Assembly: GCA_965649765.1 (NCBI GenBank)
Contig: OZ287752.1
Location: forward strand, 58,404,001-58,468,000
Reading direction: 5' to 3'
Length of the DNA: 64,000 nt
From: Bispira polyomma
Taxonomy: Eukaryota
A program made the position numbers and the translations under genes. The notes below the pieces were generated by a model. The model worked only from the letters and a program-made list of their open reading frames with translations, was not told the DNA's origin and searched no databases. This document shows positions 1-14,000 of the stretch, piece by piece (position 1 is the first letter of the stretch; every line of letters starts with the position of its first letter).

Positions 1-255
1 GTGGAGTCTGGACTAAGGCTTTGCTGGCCATTCCCATGGGCGAAGTTGTGCTGGTCTTGGTTTATTATGGTTTTCTTCACAGCTGTAACACCTTCTAACC
101 ATACCTTTAAGCTCACCATCAATGCCAGACCACCAGACATACATTCTGGCTAGGCTGGATACACCCAGGCTTAATGCAGTGCCTGCAGAACAGCAGCATG
201 TCCCTGCAGTGGCACTATAACGCGGTTCCCTATACCAGGCAGCCATCTTGAACAC
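1..255 (-). mobile_element. Ty3/Gypsy-type LTR retrotransposon integrase remnant (zinc-binding region)
   Basis: Minus-strand ORF contains SLARMYVWWSGIDGELKGMVRRCYSC...LRPWEWPAKP, then TAG followed by SRLH, where the family normally has W-S-R-L-H. Degenerate. Confidence 0.85.
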
Positions 256-1967
256 TCAATTCAGCATTCCGGTGGAAGTATGACTTTAGATTATTTTTCA
301 ATATCTTCCTACCACCCATATATGGCATAGCGTAATACCTTTGCCAATAATACATCTCTGTTCACAGACTGATGTGGTTTGCTGTTATTGGTGTCCCCTC
401 ACGGTGTTATAGTAGATGGACTGTTTCAGTTGGCACTGGTGGGACTTTTATACATTGTACAGTCACTCTCTTATCACCTTGACCTTGTTACTTTGACCTT
501 GCCTTTGAATATAATATATTTTTATCAAATACTTTGGTTGATACTTCAAAGCAATCAACTGTACATCCTCAAGTAATCATATCAGCTTTATAATCCTAAA
601 AATTAACTGTGCATTAAGAATAATTTTTTTTATCCTTTTGTTAATTACTTTATTTGAAGCTATCATTTAATTATAAGAAGACACCAGGTTATATTTAAGA
701 ACAATTTCTAGGGTATCATCGGAAGCCAATGAGGGTTCTAACTTGAATTATAAAAAAAATATTATTCTTACTAATATTACGGTAATACATAATATGTATA
801 ATCCCTCATAAGAAAATTGTACACATAAATCAAATATGTGAAACTGAACAGTTATATTTGTATCTAAAATTAATTCGTTTTTATGTGAAAATGACTTTTA
901 TCCCTTACACATATTCACTGAATTTAATTCAACTACCTAATAATATCAGGGAATATGAGTATTCCCTGACCAAAACAGGAAATACCAATATCCACTGATA
1001 TTTTTAGGGAATATGCATATTCCCTGATTACATATATTCACTGTAACATATATACATATCATTGTTATTGTGTTCACTGTATTTAAATTCATAAGCAATA
1101 TTAGTTCAGTGGTTTATGAAGTTTTAAAGCCACTCCGTTTAAAATGTATTGGAAATCCATTCCTTTGGGACAATCAGTTACATGTGTCTAAAGGCCTTAA
1201 AAGACCGCCCACGACACGTCACGTCACGACTACATAATCCATCTAAAGTATAATACAGCAACAAAATTGATGTATTTCTTTTGCAGCCATTTCTGGAAAA
1301 ACATTATGCAAATACGACTCTTTTTTTAAGAGATTTCTCTTAAGTTAAATTGTTGTGCATTGTCAAGAGCAGTCTATATAATCTTTCTATATTTCTAAAT
1401 TTTTGTCGTATAGCCGGCGGTCTATAATAATCCTTACTTATTATCTGTTTAAAAAAGTTTTTTCATGTCTGTGTGTATTTTGGAAGGCTTGTGTTACTCA
1501 GATCACTGTATTTATAGAGTAAATTCCATTCTGCCAATGATTGCTATAAACTTATCTTAGTGACTCACGAGTATCTGAGGGTTTTTTTTCGGCTGTTCAC
1601 AGGTGCATTGGTGAATTTGAAACTGTTGCTTTTGTAAATAGACTTAAATTTATCAATATTATATCACTGAATGATGAGCTGTGTCAAAGTCGTCCTTTGG
1701 GTTAAGAAAGTACATGTGATAATGTCAAACTGAAAGAAAGGACAAATACACTGTGATATTATAGTCAATACCATGTTATAGTGTACACTTTGGCTGGGTC
1801 CAGTGAATGTTTACTATGTGGAGATTTTATTGTAAAATATGTCTTCTATTTTTCATAACCGTAATATAAAATTAACTCATTATGAATAATTCCAGCAAAC
1901 CATATATATAATCAGTAAATTATTTTCGTTAAAGTTAAGGTTATGGAAATTTTTTTGTACTTTTCAG

Positions 1968-2090
1968 ATGGATAACCGTGGCAACCGCTTGATGGTGACA
2001 GATGATTCTGAAATCAACACTCCAGCTGTTTCTGCAGGTCATGTGACAAAGCGGTACACTGGTCAAGCTCCAGATGAACTGACCATACAG
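1968..2090 (+). CDS. ARHGAP32: RhoGAP exon (end of PX linker / start of SH3)
   Basis: MDNRGNRLMVTDDSEINTPAVSAGHVTKRYTGQAPDELTIQ; ttttcag/gtact. Confidence 0.95.
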
Positions 2091-5000
2091 GTACTACTTT
2101 TTGTACTGTAATTTGATTCCATATTTTCGCTGAAATTGTCGGTGGTAATATTCACCATATTTGTAGAGTTTAGTTAGGTGCCAAAAAATAATGTCAGGGT
2201 ATCTCAAACATCTAATTGACTTAAATCCACACATTGTAGTAGAAACCTATGCAAGAAATTAGTTTTCCTCCTAGGTTTTCTGTGTAATGTAAATTGTTAT
2301 TTCTAGATTTTTAAATTGCCTTAGTGATACTAGGTATTAGGTGTCTCCCAAAGTGCTATATCGAAATCAATAAACTATTAATGACAATCCTAATATATGG
2401 GCCAGTTGGTCGTCATCAGTAGAGCAATTGCGTGTTCACATCTAACCCACGGATGTTATCCCCCCCCCCCCATTATGGTGTTATCAGGAATCTAAACGAC
2501 AGGTACCTTCTGAGTTCGTTCTTTAAACCACTAGGCCACTGGAGACAAGATTCTCATCTTAGTAGTCTCAGCTCTACTAAAAGGCCAGTTTGACTCTACT
2601 GTGACCCTTTTTTACGGCCAGATGACGTCACATGTGACATGTGACTTGTGGTTTGATATTTGGTTTGAATATTGGGTTGGGGTTCTAGTCGTTGCAGATT
2701 TTTTTTGGTGGTGATAGGTGTAGTAGTTCTGGAGATATTAGTGTTAATGTGTTTTGTGGGCATGTCCTATTTGATTGACACTTCTAGTCTATATAGTTCT
2801 GTGTATAGAATATTTTATTTATAGACTGGTTGGTTTGTTCCTGTGATTTAGGTAGGGGACATCATTTCTATCATTGACATGGCACCTGGGGAAGAGACAG
2901 TTTGGTGGAGAGGAAAGAACCAATATCAGGTAAGATATTACAGCTAGGGATCTAAGTATGTACACGTCTGATGTAGGGATCTACACCACCTTCAAAATAT
3001 GTCCATGTCTGATAGGAGTGGAAATGCAAGAACAAATGTTAAGCCAATAAACTACCTAAAAATGTGAACATGTGCGTTGTTTGTGGGGTGAAAAAGAAAG
3101 AATCAAAATTAGATAAATATAGCTATAGGGATCTACATTACCTCAACAAAATGTGTAATATGTGAATTTATGGAAGCTTAAAATGCATTACAACCTGATT
3201 TATACTTAAAAGAGTCATTTTAGTGTGAAACAACAGGAAACTGTAAATGTGAGGGATGAAATGTGTATTCAATAAATTGAATATTCAGATAACAGAAGTT
3301 TGGATAGTAGAGGTTCGACTGTACTTTTGTAAAACTGAAAAGAAATACTTTTCGGGTTTTTTTTCTTCTTTGAAAAGCCCACAGATTATTTAGTATGTAG
3401 CATGTAAAATCTGAATTCCTAAGAACACATAGTATTGGTAATGCATAACTATAAAATGATACTTTAATAGTACATACATATAAAAAGTTCACATATAATA
3501 TTTACTAGTAAAGTGTCCATTTTAAGGGATATTTATTTCCCTACAGGTTGGTTTCTTCCCCTGTGAGTGTGTGGAGTTAATCAGTGATAAGTCTATCCGT
3601 CAGTCTATGGAGGGAATGATACCAGAGGCCGCTACAAAACCAGGTACGTACTACTTAATGTGGGACAAATGTGGGACAATTGCAACTGTAATTGTACAGG
3701 TGAGAACGGGGGTATCGAGGGTTGGGTGGGCCGCGGTGTCCTAGTGGTTAGCAAGCATTGTGCTTCACAATCACTGGTCTCTCACCTCTGGGATCAGCTG
3801 GCGTGGGTTCGACTCCTGTCGATGCCTATGTGGGAAAGGTGGTAGTTTCTTACTGTGGGTCGCTGGTTTCAGTGCAGAACCTTGATCATCTATATGCAAT
3901 GTTTCCTCCAGCGTTTCCAACTACCCGTCCTAATATAGCCTAAACAGGTACTAGAGTGGACGTTAAATATCCCAATTCAAAAAATAAATAAAAAATCGAG
4001 GTTTGGGTGACCATAGTGCAGCTATAGCTTTCTCCTGTCAGGTGACAGTTGTCGGTGTAAGCAGCTGTTTGTTAGCACACTAATGTAATTGATGATTTAA
4101 CCATAATTCAGAAAAAACATAAATTTTATTGCGTAAACAAAAAATCACGACACTACCTAACCTGACCCTTTTAGTATACACCCCAGTTGTTACAAATGTC
4201 ACTCCCGGAACCTATGTCTGTCGGCAAGCAGTCGACACCCCAAAAATATAAACTCCTTTGATCAATAATTAAGTAGTCAATGGTGTGTGTTTTAGTAACT
4301 CCAGCTATTTGTAACCCTCTACCAAATGTTTCCTTCAGTTTCCGGCAATAGTTTTCTCCTAGGGTGGAAAGGGTTAAAATCTGGCTTGATGTCAGTTAAT
4401 TATGTCCAAATAAATGTCACTTGCCAAAAAAATACATGTAATAATAATTAGCAATAATATTTTAGTTTAGCCCAAATCCCTAGTTTCGCTTTGATTTTCC
4501 GATAATTAGCAATAATTTTTTAGTTTAGCACCAAATTGCTACGTCCGCTTTGATTTTCCAACAAATTGGGTTTGTGTTCAGCTGAGTACTCTGTAACAGC
4601 CTTGGTTAAAAAATAAGGAAATGCCATAAACAAAAAAAAAAATATAAAATTACAGTACAGCAGAGGGTTACCACTTCATGAGTCATGTAGTGGGAGTAAT
4701 GTGTCAAGTGATAATAAGCATAATGAAAACAGAAGCATCATTTCCCTTATAACTCAGAGAGGAAGTCTATATGTGGCGGCTGTATTTTAACTGGGAACCA
4801 TTGATTAAATCTGCTAATGACTTTTTATGTTTTTCTGTTGGTTTGATGGTTACCAGGATTTTTACAGACAAACCGTTGAATCCATATTTACATACATTTT
4901 GGTAGTAGGGTGATAGAGCTCAGGCCCGTGGATGGGTACATGAACTCATATAGTTAATCTAAATAGAATAGCGGATCCAGAAATTTCTCTTGTGTCAATT

Positions 5001-8000
5001 ATTTTGACTGTGAAACGTTGGGGAGATATATACCCTTGTGATTGTAATACGTTTCATATTTGTCCGAGAGTTTAACCACATTGAAATGAAAATAGCAGAA
5101 GCAGAATGTCAGGGTTTTAAAGTTGTCTACTGTAGGATATCTATTGATACCTTAATTTTATGCAATCCCAGACCTGATTCCCATAATTTCTCAAGTTAAA
5201 CTTCTATTAAAAAGTTTTATGATCCAATATATCGCAATATGTATTGTGAATACGACTGGAATATCACAATATATCATAATACGATTTTCAGGCACTATAA
5301 CTTAACCCCTAAATTTGAGTGTAAATCGTGGTCAACTTTATCTTGAAAATAAGAGCCTAGTGTTCAGGGTATTGTGCACTCACACGCAGATAGAAACACT
5401 GACACACATGGAGCACTCTCCAGTGTATTCCTGACCATACCACGGAACACCCATTGCAATACACAGTGCTACTCCAGTGTCTATTGAAACCCCCCACTTA
5501 ATCTAATTTTGGTGGGACTGCTATTGACTCCAGCCTTGTTAATCTCACAATAAACTCCATTTGTAGCTTTAGTAGAAGGAAATATCTGTGTTTTTATTGT
5601 CTTTGTTATGTGGATTGGATTTAGTATACTGATCAGCATCCTCTTTCAGTTATGAAAACCATCATTTTTGTTTTACTGTGTATTGTGATAAAGTTAAAAT
5701 ATGAATAAAAACAAGTATTTTGTTGTTTGCATTTTGTTTTTATTCAGCAGCTTTGGTATTACCGTAAAGTCTCTCCGTAAAGCCCATGGGCTTTTAACTC
5801 AGACTAAATAATAAGCAGAAGCATGAGCTCTTGCGAGATTGTGGTTTTTCATTTGAAATCTTCACTATATAGAAAATTCAGGGGTGGGCTGTTACTGAGA
5901 GGGTTTCCTGTAAATTTAGACAAAATTAACTGCTTATGATTTACGGCTGCAAGCGAGCCTCCGGAAAGTGGGCCTTATAGGAATCGGTATGTGATTCTCG
6001 ATTCGGGGCCGAGTACTCACTAATTTTTATCGCCAACAAATTGAACAATGTTATAACATGTAGTCATCCTAAAAATAACTCAAATTTACTCAAATATCAC
6101 TAATCAACACTTTATATACACAAAAATAAAGATATGTAACGATTTCAAAATGAGGCTAGTGTACTGTAATACGGCAAAGACTAAATTTAGTGAGTAATCG
6201 GCTTCACTTTTGACTCGGGCCACAAGGCGAAGGAACTGCTCCATCAGTCATTTAACCGACTACTCATCCCACCTTTAATAGGGTTATATATCTTATTATT
6301 TACAGTGCTATTAAAAATTTATATTAGACCACACAAATACACCACTATGAGCACTATGTGGTGGAGTGTGCGTTTTTTTGTGTCATTTTATATGCTGTAA
6401 AATCCTGGTACTATTTTGACAAACAAAGAACATCAAAGATCCATAATTACACTGTTTATAAAAAAAAAAGAGTAAATTGCTGACCACAAATGTAACACTC
6501 TCAGAAATAGCCATCTGTTTTACCATCTGTATTTATTGTTAACAACTGTTAGCAGGCAAGTGAAAAGAATTTGAAGTTAAAACAACTATACTAAATACAA
6601 TTTTATCTAAAAGTTTATTTGAATGCAAAAAACACAATGAAGTTTTGTAATGTTAGTTTAGTGTATCATAGTATTTAGTATTGTGAAGTTTATTTCTTTG
6701 CCAGTATAAGCAGTAAAAAAAACCTGTAGTTATTCATTTGTGAACTCAATTAGTTATGATAAATCACAACCTAGTATTGTGCAAATTAATATAAAGACTG
6801 TGCTAATTGTTGTAATTAATTGTCGTCTCATTTCACCAACCACCATCCCATAATGTCACTTCCTATTGTTAATATAAACATGTTTGAATTAATCCCACTC
6901 CCCTCCTCTACCACCAGACTGCATATTTACCCTCAAGCCACCCCCCACCCCTCTTCTTTTTATCCCCCCCCTCCCCTCCTCACACTCACTAATTGACTCT
7001 CTTCCCAGAATTCCATTACATCTACTCCATCACTTTTTGTTTAAAACCCTCTCTCAATATTTTTTTCCCCTTTATTATATTGTTTATTTTTTTTATACTC
7101 TCTCCATCTGTACACAGTATTACGCAAGCGGGGGAAGCTGATCTCCTTTCTAAGGGCTTTCTTCACATCGAGACCTGCCAGAACACAATTACAAAGGACG
7201 GGCATTGTGAAGCAGCGCATCTTTGGTTGTGACTTGGGGGAGCATCTCTCCAATTCAGGGCTGGAGGGTAAGATTTATATATCACTTACTCTAAACACTC
7301 TCAGTGGTTACAAAACACACAGTATGAGGTTATCAAAATGTAGTAGAGACTTCTCTTAACCAAACTTCTATTATCCAGATACAGTAGAACCTCTGTTATC
7401 TGAACTTCTATCATCCAATTTCAGTAGAACCTCTATTACATAAACTTCTGTTCTTCAAATACTGTTTCAACTATATTATCCAAACTGCTATTTCTAAATA
7501 CAGTATAACCCTCTATCATCTGAACTTCCATTATTCAAATACAGTGGAACCTCTATTATCTGAACTTCTATTATCCTAATACAGTAGGACCTCTATTATC
7601 CAAACTTGTATCATCCAAATTCAGTAGAACATATAATACCCAATCTTCTGTTATCCAAACTACAGTAGAACCTCTATTATCCGAACATGTTGGAAGAGAG
7701 AAAGAATTTGTTTAGATAATAGAAGGTTCATAAAATCAAAAGAATTATTTCTGTATAAAACAATAGGAAAACAGAAAAGGAGTTGATCAAATTGAATATT
7801 CGTACAACAAAAGCTTGGATAATAGAGGTTCTACGGTATTTGATTTTATACTTGTATTTCCACGCATGCATATGTCCTTACTATTTTATACTAAAATATA
7901 ACTTCTATTTTATGAACCTTCTTCTATTATCCAAATGAAATCTTGCTTTCCCTACCTGTTCGGATAATGGAGGTTTTACTGTATTTGCGCCTGTAGCCAA

Positions 8001-11000
8001 AATATACGTCAAAGTACTAAAAAAAACCTCTGTTATCTAATAGTTGAATGACACATTTTTCTGACACATTTTTCCACTCCCCCCCAAAGTTTATCTTTCC
8101 TTACTGTTTTTTATAAAATTGGCTGTTCCATTATCTGAACAAAATCTTGCTCTTCCAACATGCTTGGATGATAGAGATTGTATTTAAATACAGCATTGGA
8201 ATCTCTTATCAAAATGATATATGATGGACTAAATCAGTAGAAGAAATAACTGTAATTCTGAATTTGAGACATGAACCGTAGGTGGGTTTTTGTTTAAGAA
8301 ATTTTTTTAACTTTTTTTTTAAACCTCACAGTTAAATTGTTATTGTTTTTATTATAGGCTTGGTTCACTCTGATGAAAAATGTGTAATTTGCTTATCACT
8401 TTCCAGATGAGAAAAGAGAGACAAAGCCCAATCAGAACAATGATAGCAAAATACTAATAAAATGTCAGCAGTTCTTATGGGTGTGCCATTTGCAGCCCAA
8501 AGTACCAGAGAATTAACTGTAGCAAAAATGTTGAATATAGTTTAATGGAATGCGTGTGGGTTTTTTCTGTGATTAGAATACATGAAGGGATATCCAAGGG
8601 CATTTAGTGGAGATCTGTACTTGAACGGAGAGTGTTTGTGAGAAGAATATTCAATCACTGGTCTTGTGTGCCTGTTGCCCTTTTTTTAAAAAAAAACCAT
8701 GTTAGCTTTAAGGAATTCTAGTAGCATCAGTAATTTGGGATTTTTTACTTTTACCCGGTAGTGTTATGTCACACAGTTGAGTTGACCCCATTAATCACAA
8801 TGGGAATGTTTTTGTTTTTGTCTTTTAAGTTTTCTCAAATTAGCTTTGAGTACTCAGGAATTTATTATGGGGAAAATCAGAAACAATTTTTTTTTTCAAC
8901 AAACCAAAGTGGCAGCTCTCAGAGATCTAGTATCTAGTCAACTTGCACAAGTGGAAATTTTAGCGGAAAGAAGTATTTTCTTACTAATTTGCCATTTTGA
9001 AGAAATTTAGTGGAAAGAGTTTTCACTTTGAGATATCTGTTGCCTAGTAATAGATTAATACAAATAAAAATTTTCTGTAAGAATTTATTTTCAGTATCTA
9101 AACTCGCTAGCTAAAATAGCTAAAATTAATTCCAAGTGTAAATGTCCAGCTTAGCCTTTTTCTTAATGTTTTTGATTTCTTCATTGTTGGCTTTGTACAG
9201 TGATCCTCTTACTGCTCTCTCTATTTGCTTATATGTAATAAAGTAAAGAGGATTTTTGGGTTTAAAGTCACTTTAAATACCTGTGTATTATATCAAAAAG
9301 GGCAGTTGACGATCAAAAGGAAACCTGTAGACATTAGGTGGTAAAGATTTCTGTACTTTAAACCACCAACATTTAGCAAGTCCACAACCAACTTTGTGTA
9401 CCGTGCCCTAATGCTTCCACAAGTCACGTATTTAAGTTTTGTCAAGGAAACAACAAAAAAAATTTGACTCCTGATTAAAGTCACAAACTTTCATATATAA
9501 AATTAAAGGAAACCCTTAAAAACCAAGTACTACTAACATTGTCCAATATTGTTTAGAACGTCTATTATAGAAGTAAAATGGTGGGTACAAAATTTCCAAA
9601 CTCAAATTTATTTCTTTTGACTGGTTTCCAGCCCCAGTCTGAAGCTTTAGTGGGTGGTTGCATGTATGCATCTTGCCGTTGCATCTTGCGGTTATTAAGT
9701 CTTCTGCTTCTGGTTAAAACGGTGAAAAAATTTCAAAAATCCCCCTGCACCAGAATTAAGAAAGTGCTTATTATGTGGGGGGTGGACATATTATTTTTGT
9801 TTTGTCCGGCGTCCGCTGTCCATCACGCTTGGTTTCCGGTCATTTCAAGGAAAAGTATGTATCCTATGTTTACCAAATTTGGTATAGGTGTTTATTGGGT
9901 TAATAGCTTGCATGGGATTGCTTTTGGTGAAGATAGCTCTATAGCTAACTGAGTAATAGCTACTTACTTACTTTTATGTATTTCTTTCCGGGCATTTTAA
10001 GGAAAAATATTTGACATATCTTTACCAAATTTGGTATGAGCAATAGTTAGGTCAATAGCTTGTTTGGGATTGCTTTTAGTGATAATAGCTATATAACTGA
10101 CTCAGCAATAGCTACTTATTTTAAGCATTTTGAAGGAAAAGTATTTCACCTATGTTCACAAAATTTAGGATGGAGGATTATTGGATCAGTAGCTTGCTTG
10201 GGATTGCTTTTGGTGATAATACCTTTATAGCTAACTGAGTAATAGCTTTAACCTCCTGAGTAATAGCTACATAGCAAAAAACATAAATATGTCTATCTCC
10301 TAAACTGTGCAAGATAGAGCGATTTCGTCAAAATTTTCGACCCTCAGGGTATTTAAGCAATGTACTCTTGGCAATTTTGCAAAAAAAAAATTTACACTCC
10401 CCAAAAATGGCGGCCATTTTGAATTTTCAAATTTTAGCCAAAAATGGAAAAGCGTAAATTTGCTTCTATCTCCTTAACCGTGCGAGATAGAGCGATTTCG
10501 TTGAAATTTTAGACCCACAGGGTATCTAATCAATGTACTCTGGGCAATTTTCAAAAAGTTTTCCCCTCCCCAAAAATGGCGGCCATTTTGAATTTTTGAA
10601 TTTTCGCCAAAAATGGAAAAACACAAATTTGCTTCTATCTCCTTAACCGTGCCAGATAGAGTGATTTCGTCGAAATTTTCGACCCAAAGGGTATCTAAGA
10701 AATGTACTATAGGCAATATTCAAAAAATTTTCCTCTCCCCAAAAATGGCAGCCATTTTGAATTTTCGAATTTTTGCCAAAAATGGAAAAACACAAATTTG
10801 AGTCTATCTCCTTAACCGTGCGAGATAGAGCGATGTCGGCGAAAATTGCTGATAGCCAATTTTCCTAATATAATGTTTTGCTGATGGGATTCACTTGATG
10901 GACATTTTTCCTGATGGGCTTTTTTCAGGAATCTGTTACATGGTGTACACTACTAGGCAGTGCTTGTGTAAATGTGTTATGTACCATTTAGTTAGACAGC

Positions 11001-14000
11001 ATTTTGTCCCCCCTTGCAATTTTGACTCCGGTTTTGTCCCCTCGGTATTTTGTCCGACGACATTTTGTCCATGCAGTTGAAATAATTTACATGTATACTA
11101 ATAAATTTTGGAGCATCGTTGATATATTTTACAAACAAAACAGTCCTGTAAGACTACTGTGCAATTGTTCCAAAAGGTTCATGGGGTGGACATTACACAT
11201 GCTAATGTGTGTTTTTCTATGCTATCCTGTTTCTTTTCATATATTGCAGCTACTCTTAACAGGGCGTCCTATTTCTAGTTTTTGAAATAATATGCCATAT
11301 TTGGTGTATCTTATCTGTCGCACAATTATAACTGCAAGCCACAACTGCAGGCCAAAACCACAAGCCGCGTATATAGAAATAGCCATTAACTAGTCAAAAT
11401 TTGAGCTGGCAAGTTATTGTTATAAAGAGGAGTGAGTTGTAACCCGTTGTGTTTGTGTTCAGTTCCCAAGGTGCTGACCAGCTGTGCAGTAGTCATAGAA
11501 GAACATGGGATTGTAGATGGAATCTACCGGCTCTCAGGAGTGGCCTCCAACATACAGAAACTAAGGTAAAATCTATAGATACATTAGGGTGGGTAACCTT
11601 AAATATACAGAAATCTAACTAAAGTATGACTGACCTTAAATATACAGAAACTGAAATAAAGTCTATTGGTAAATTAGGGTTGGTAACCTCCAATATACAG
11701 AATTCGAGGTAAAGTATGAGTGAACTCAAATATACAGAAATGGATGTAAAGTGTGAATGAATTTAAAGGTACAGAAACTGAGGTAAAGTATGAGTGAACT
11801 TGAATATATGAAACATTAAAGAGCCTAAGTTTAAGTTTAGTGACCTAAAACATGCCATAAATTGACGTTAAATAACCTACATATTAATTCACAGTGACCT
11901 AAATCATACAAAATCTTAACAATTGTCACCTCAAAGTTATTGTTCCAAAATAAAGAAATTCCATGTCTACATGTTAAATTGACTGTCAAACTTCTTCTAT
12001 CTGAGTTCATTTTACAGACTTTAAGATGATCAGTCATTGTTTGTCTTGCAGACTCCCAACCTTGTGGTTTATTCATTATATTTGGACAGTTTTAGTGTTG
12101 TTTATGGCAGAGCCACATTATCGGAAAAGTAAAGTTGTTACTTGGCATTGATTTTATCACTTGTTTTTTGGACAAAGTGCATAAACTCATGAATAGTGTT
12201 ATTGGTTGCCCAGTTGCCCCACAGACCTCATCCTAGTTTCTTAGAATAATAAAATATGAGACTTTGGAATGAAATCTGATGGATTTTATTTAGTTAATTT
12301 GAAATCCAAATAAAAATGTTGAAAGCACTCAGAATGTCTGAAAGGACGTCCAAGAAGAGTTTCATATATTCGCAGATACTGACATAGTTAGAATTGGGAG
12401 AATATTTAGTTGTTTATGAATTTTATTTGATCAAATGTGAAATCCAGCAGAAGTGTTGAAAAGCACTCATAATGTTTGAGAGAACATTAGAAAGGAATAG
12501 GGATATAATTTAACTGTGTATAGTCTAAGATATTAGTATGGGTCATCAGAGGTGCTAGTTACAGAGATTGTTATTCTTAACTTTCTGTTTCGATAACTTT
12601 AATTTTAGAAAATGCTTAAAATGGCAGTCAAAGAATGCTTGTAGGTAATGTAGGTAATGCATGCCATGGTCTGACCTTGATTGAATGACCTTTTGTGTTA
12701 TGTTTGTCAGAAGTACCTGATTAGTAGTTCATGTAAACAAGGTCATGGTGTGACCTTGGTTTAACCTTTAGAATTGTTGACTGTTGGAAATGCCTATTAA
12801 GCATTGTATATAAATAAACAAGGATATCATGTGACCTTAAATTGACCTTTGACCATTTTTTAGGTCAGATATTTTTCCCCTAGATGTTAGTGAGTGGACG
12901 ATTTGACGAACGTCTAAGCATTCGTCGGTCTATTGAACCAAAGACATCGATCGGTAAAGATCATCAGAAAATTGATCATTACAAACCAAAAACGCAGCAA
13001 AGTTCTGAACTTCAACTAATATATATTTTGACGTTTTCATGTTATTTAAGATAGATTTTAAGTCAAATAAAGCAATTTTTGTCACTGTTATACCTGTTTT
13101 CGTTTACTGCCATTGTTTACCGGAAGTCATATACGTTAGCGGTTGATACTAAATGTCGAATGTTTGAATTTCACCAAATTCTTTCCGGATCACAAGATAT
13201 TCGGCCTGGGATGGCAGGATGGGTAACTTAACAATAAAAAAAATATATACTTATGTGAATAATCGATTACAGGTCGATCATCGGTCAGACAATTAAGCAA
13301 TTAATTGACCTGCAAAATACAGACCAATTCCACTCACTACTAGATGTGAAGTTTTGTCATCGTAGATACAATTTTAAACAAAGTAATAAACCTCAGTTTT
13401 AGTACAACCGGAAACCTATTTTAGATACACATACATGTACAGTGTACCTGGTAAGTCTACCATTTTTAGGACCATAAAAATTGATTCAATATAACAGAAA
13501 TTCTAGTTGTTTTGTTTTTACAGAAATGATTTTGATGATGAGAAGGAGCCGTGTCTGACTGATGAGATTTACTTACAGGACATACACAGCATCAGTTCAC
13601 TACTCAAGGCTTACCTCAGAGAACTCCCCAACCCACTGCTTACCTATCAACTCTATGACAAGTTCTCTGTAAGTACAGCCTCAGCCAGGCTCAGATCTTA
13701 GTCATTTAGGCTGTGACTGTAATTTAGGCTGTGACTGTCATTTAGGCTGTATGTAACCTAGCTTTGAGTATCGCCACACAGACTATATAGCGGTGCGAAT
13801 CGATCATGTATATTTCACTCTTTAGTGGCTGAATTTTAGTATGCACCCAAAACCACATTGTCGCCAAGGAAAAACATAAATAATTAGATTGATAACATAG
13901 TAACTTTATGTTCATGATACACTTAAATTTAAATTTATACTGGTGGAAAACATAAAACATAGGTGAGTTTGGGTATTTATCAGCACTTTATTTAGGTGAG

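Noticed and set aside
1968-1970. ATG at 1968 as the RhoGAP start codon
   Set aside because: It is directly preceded by a canonical acceptor, and the family has an upstream PX domain, so this is an internal exon.
9578-11285. Several 60-124 aa ORFs
   Set aside because: They lie within the tandem repeats of a non-autonomous element and show no protein similarity.
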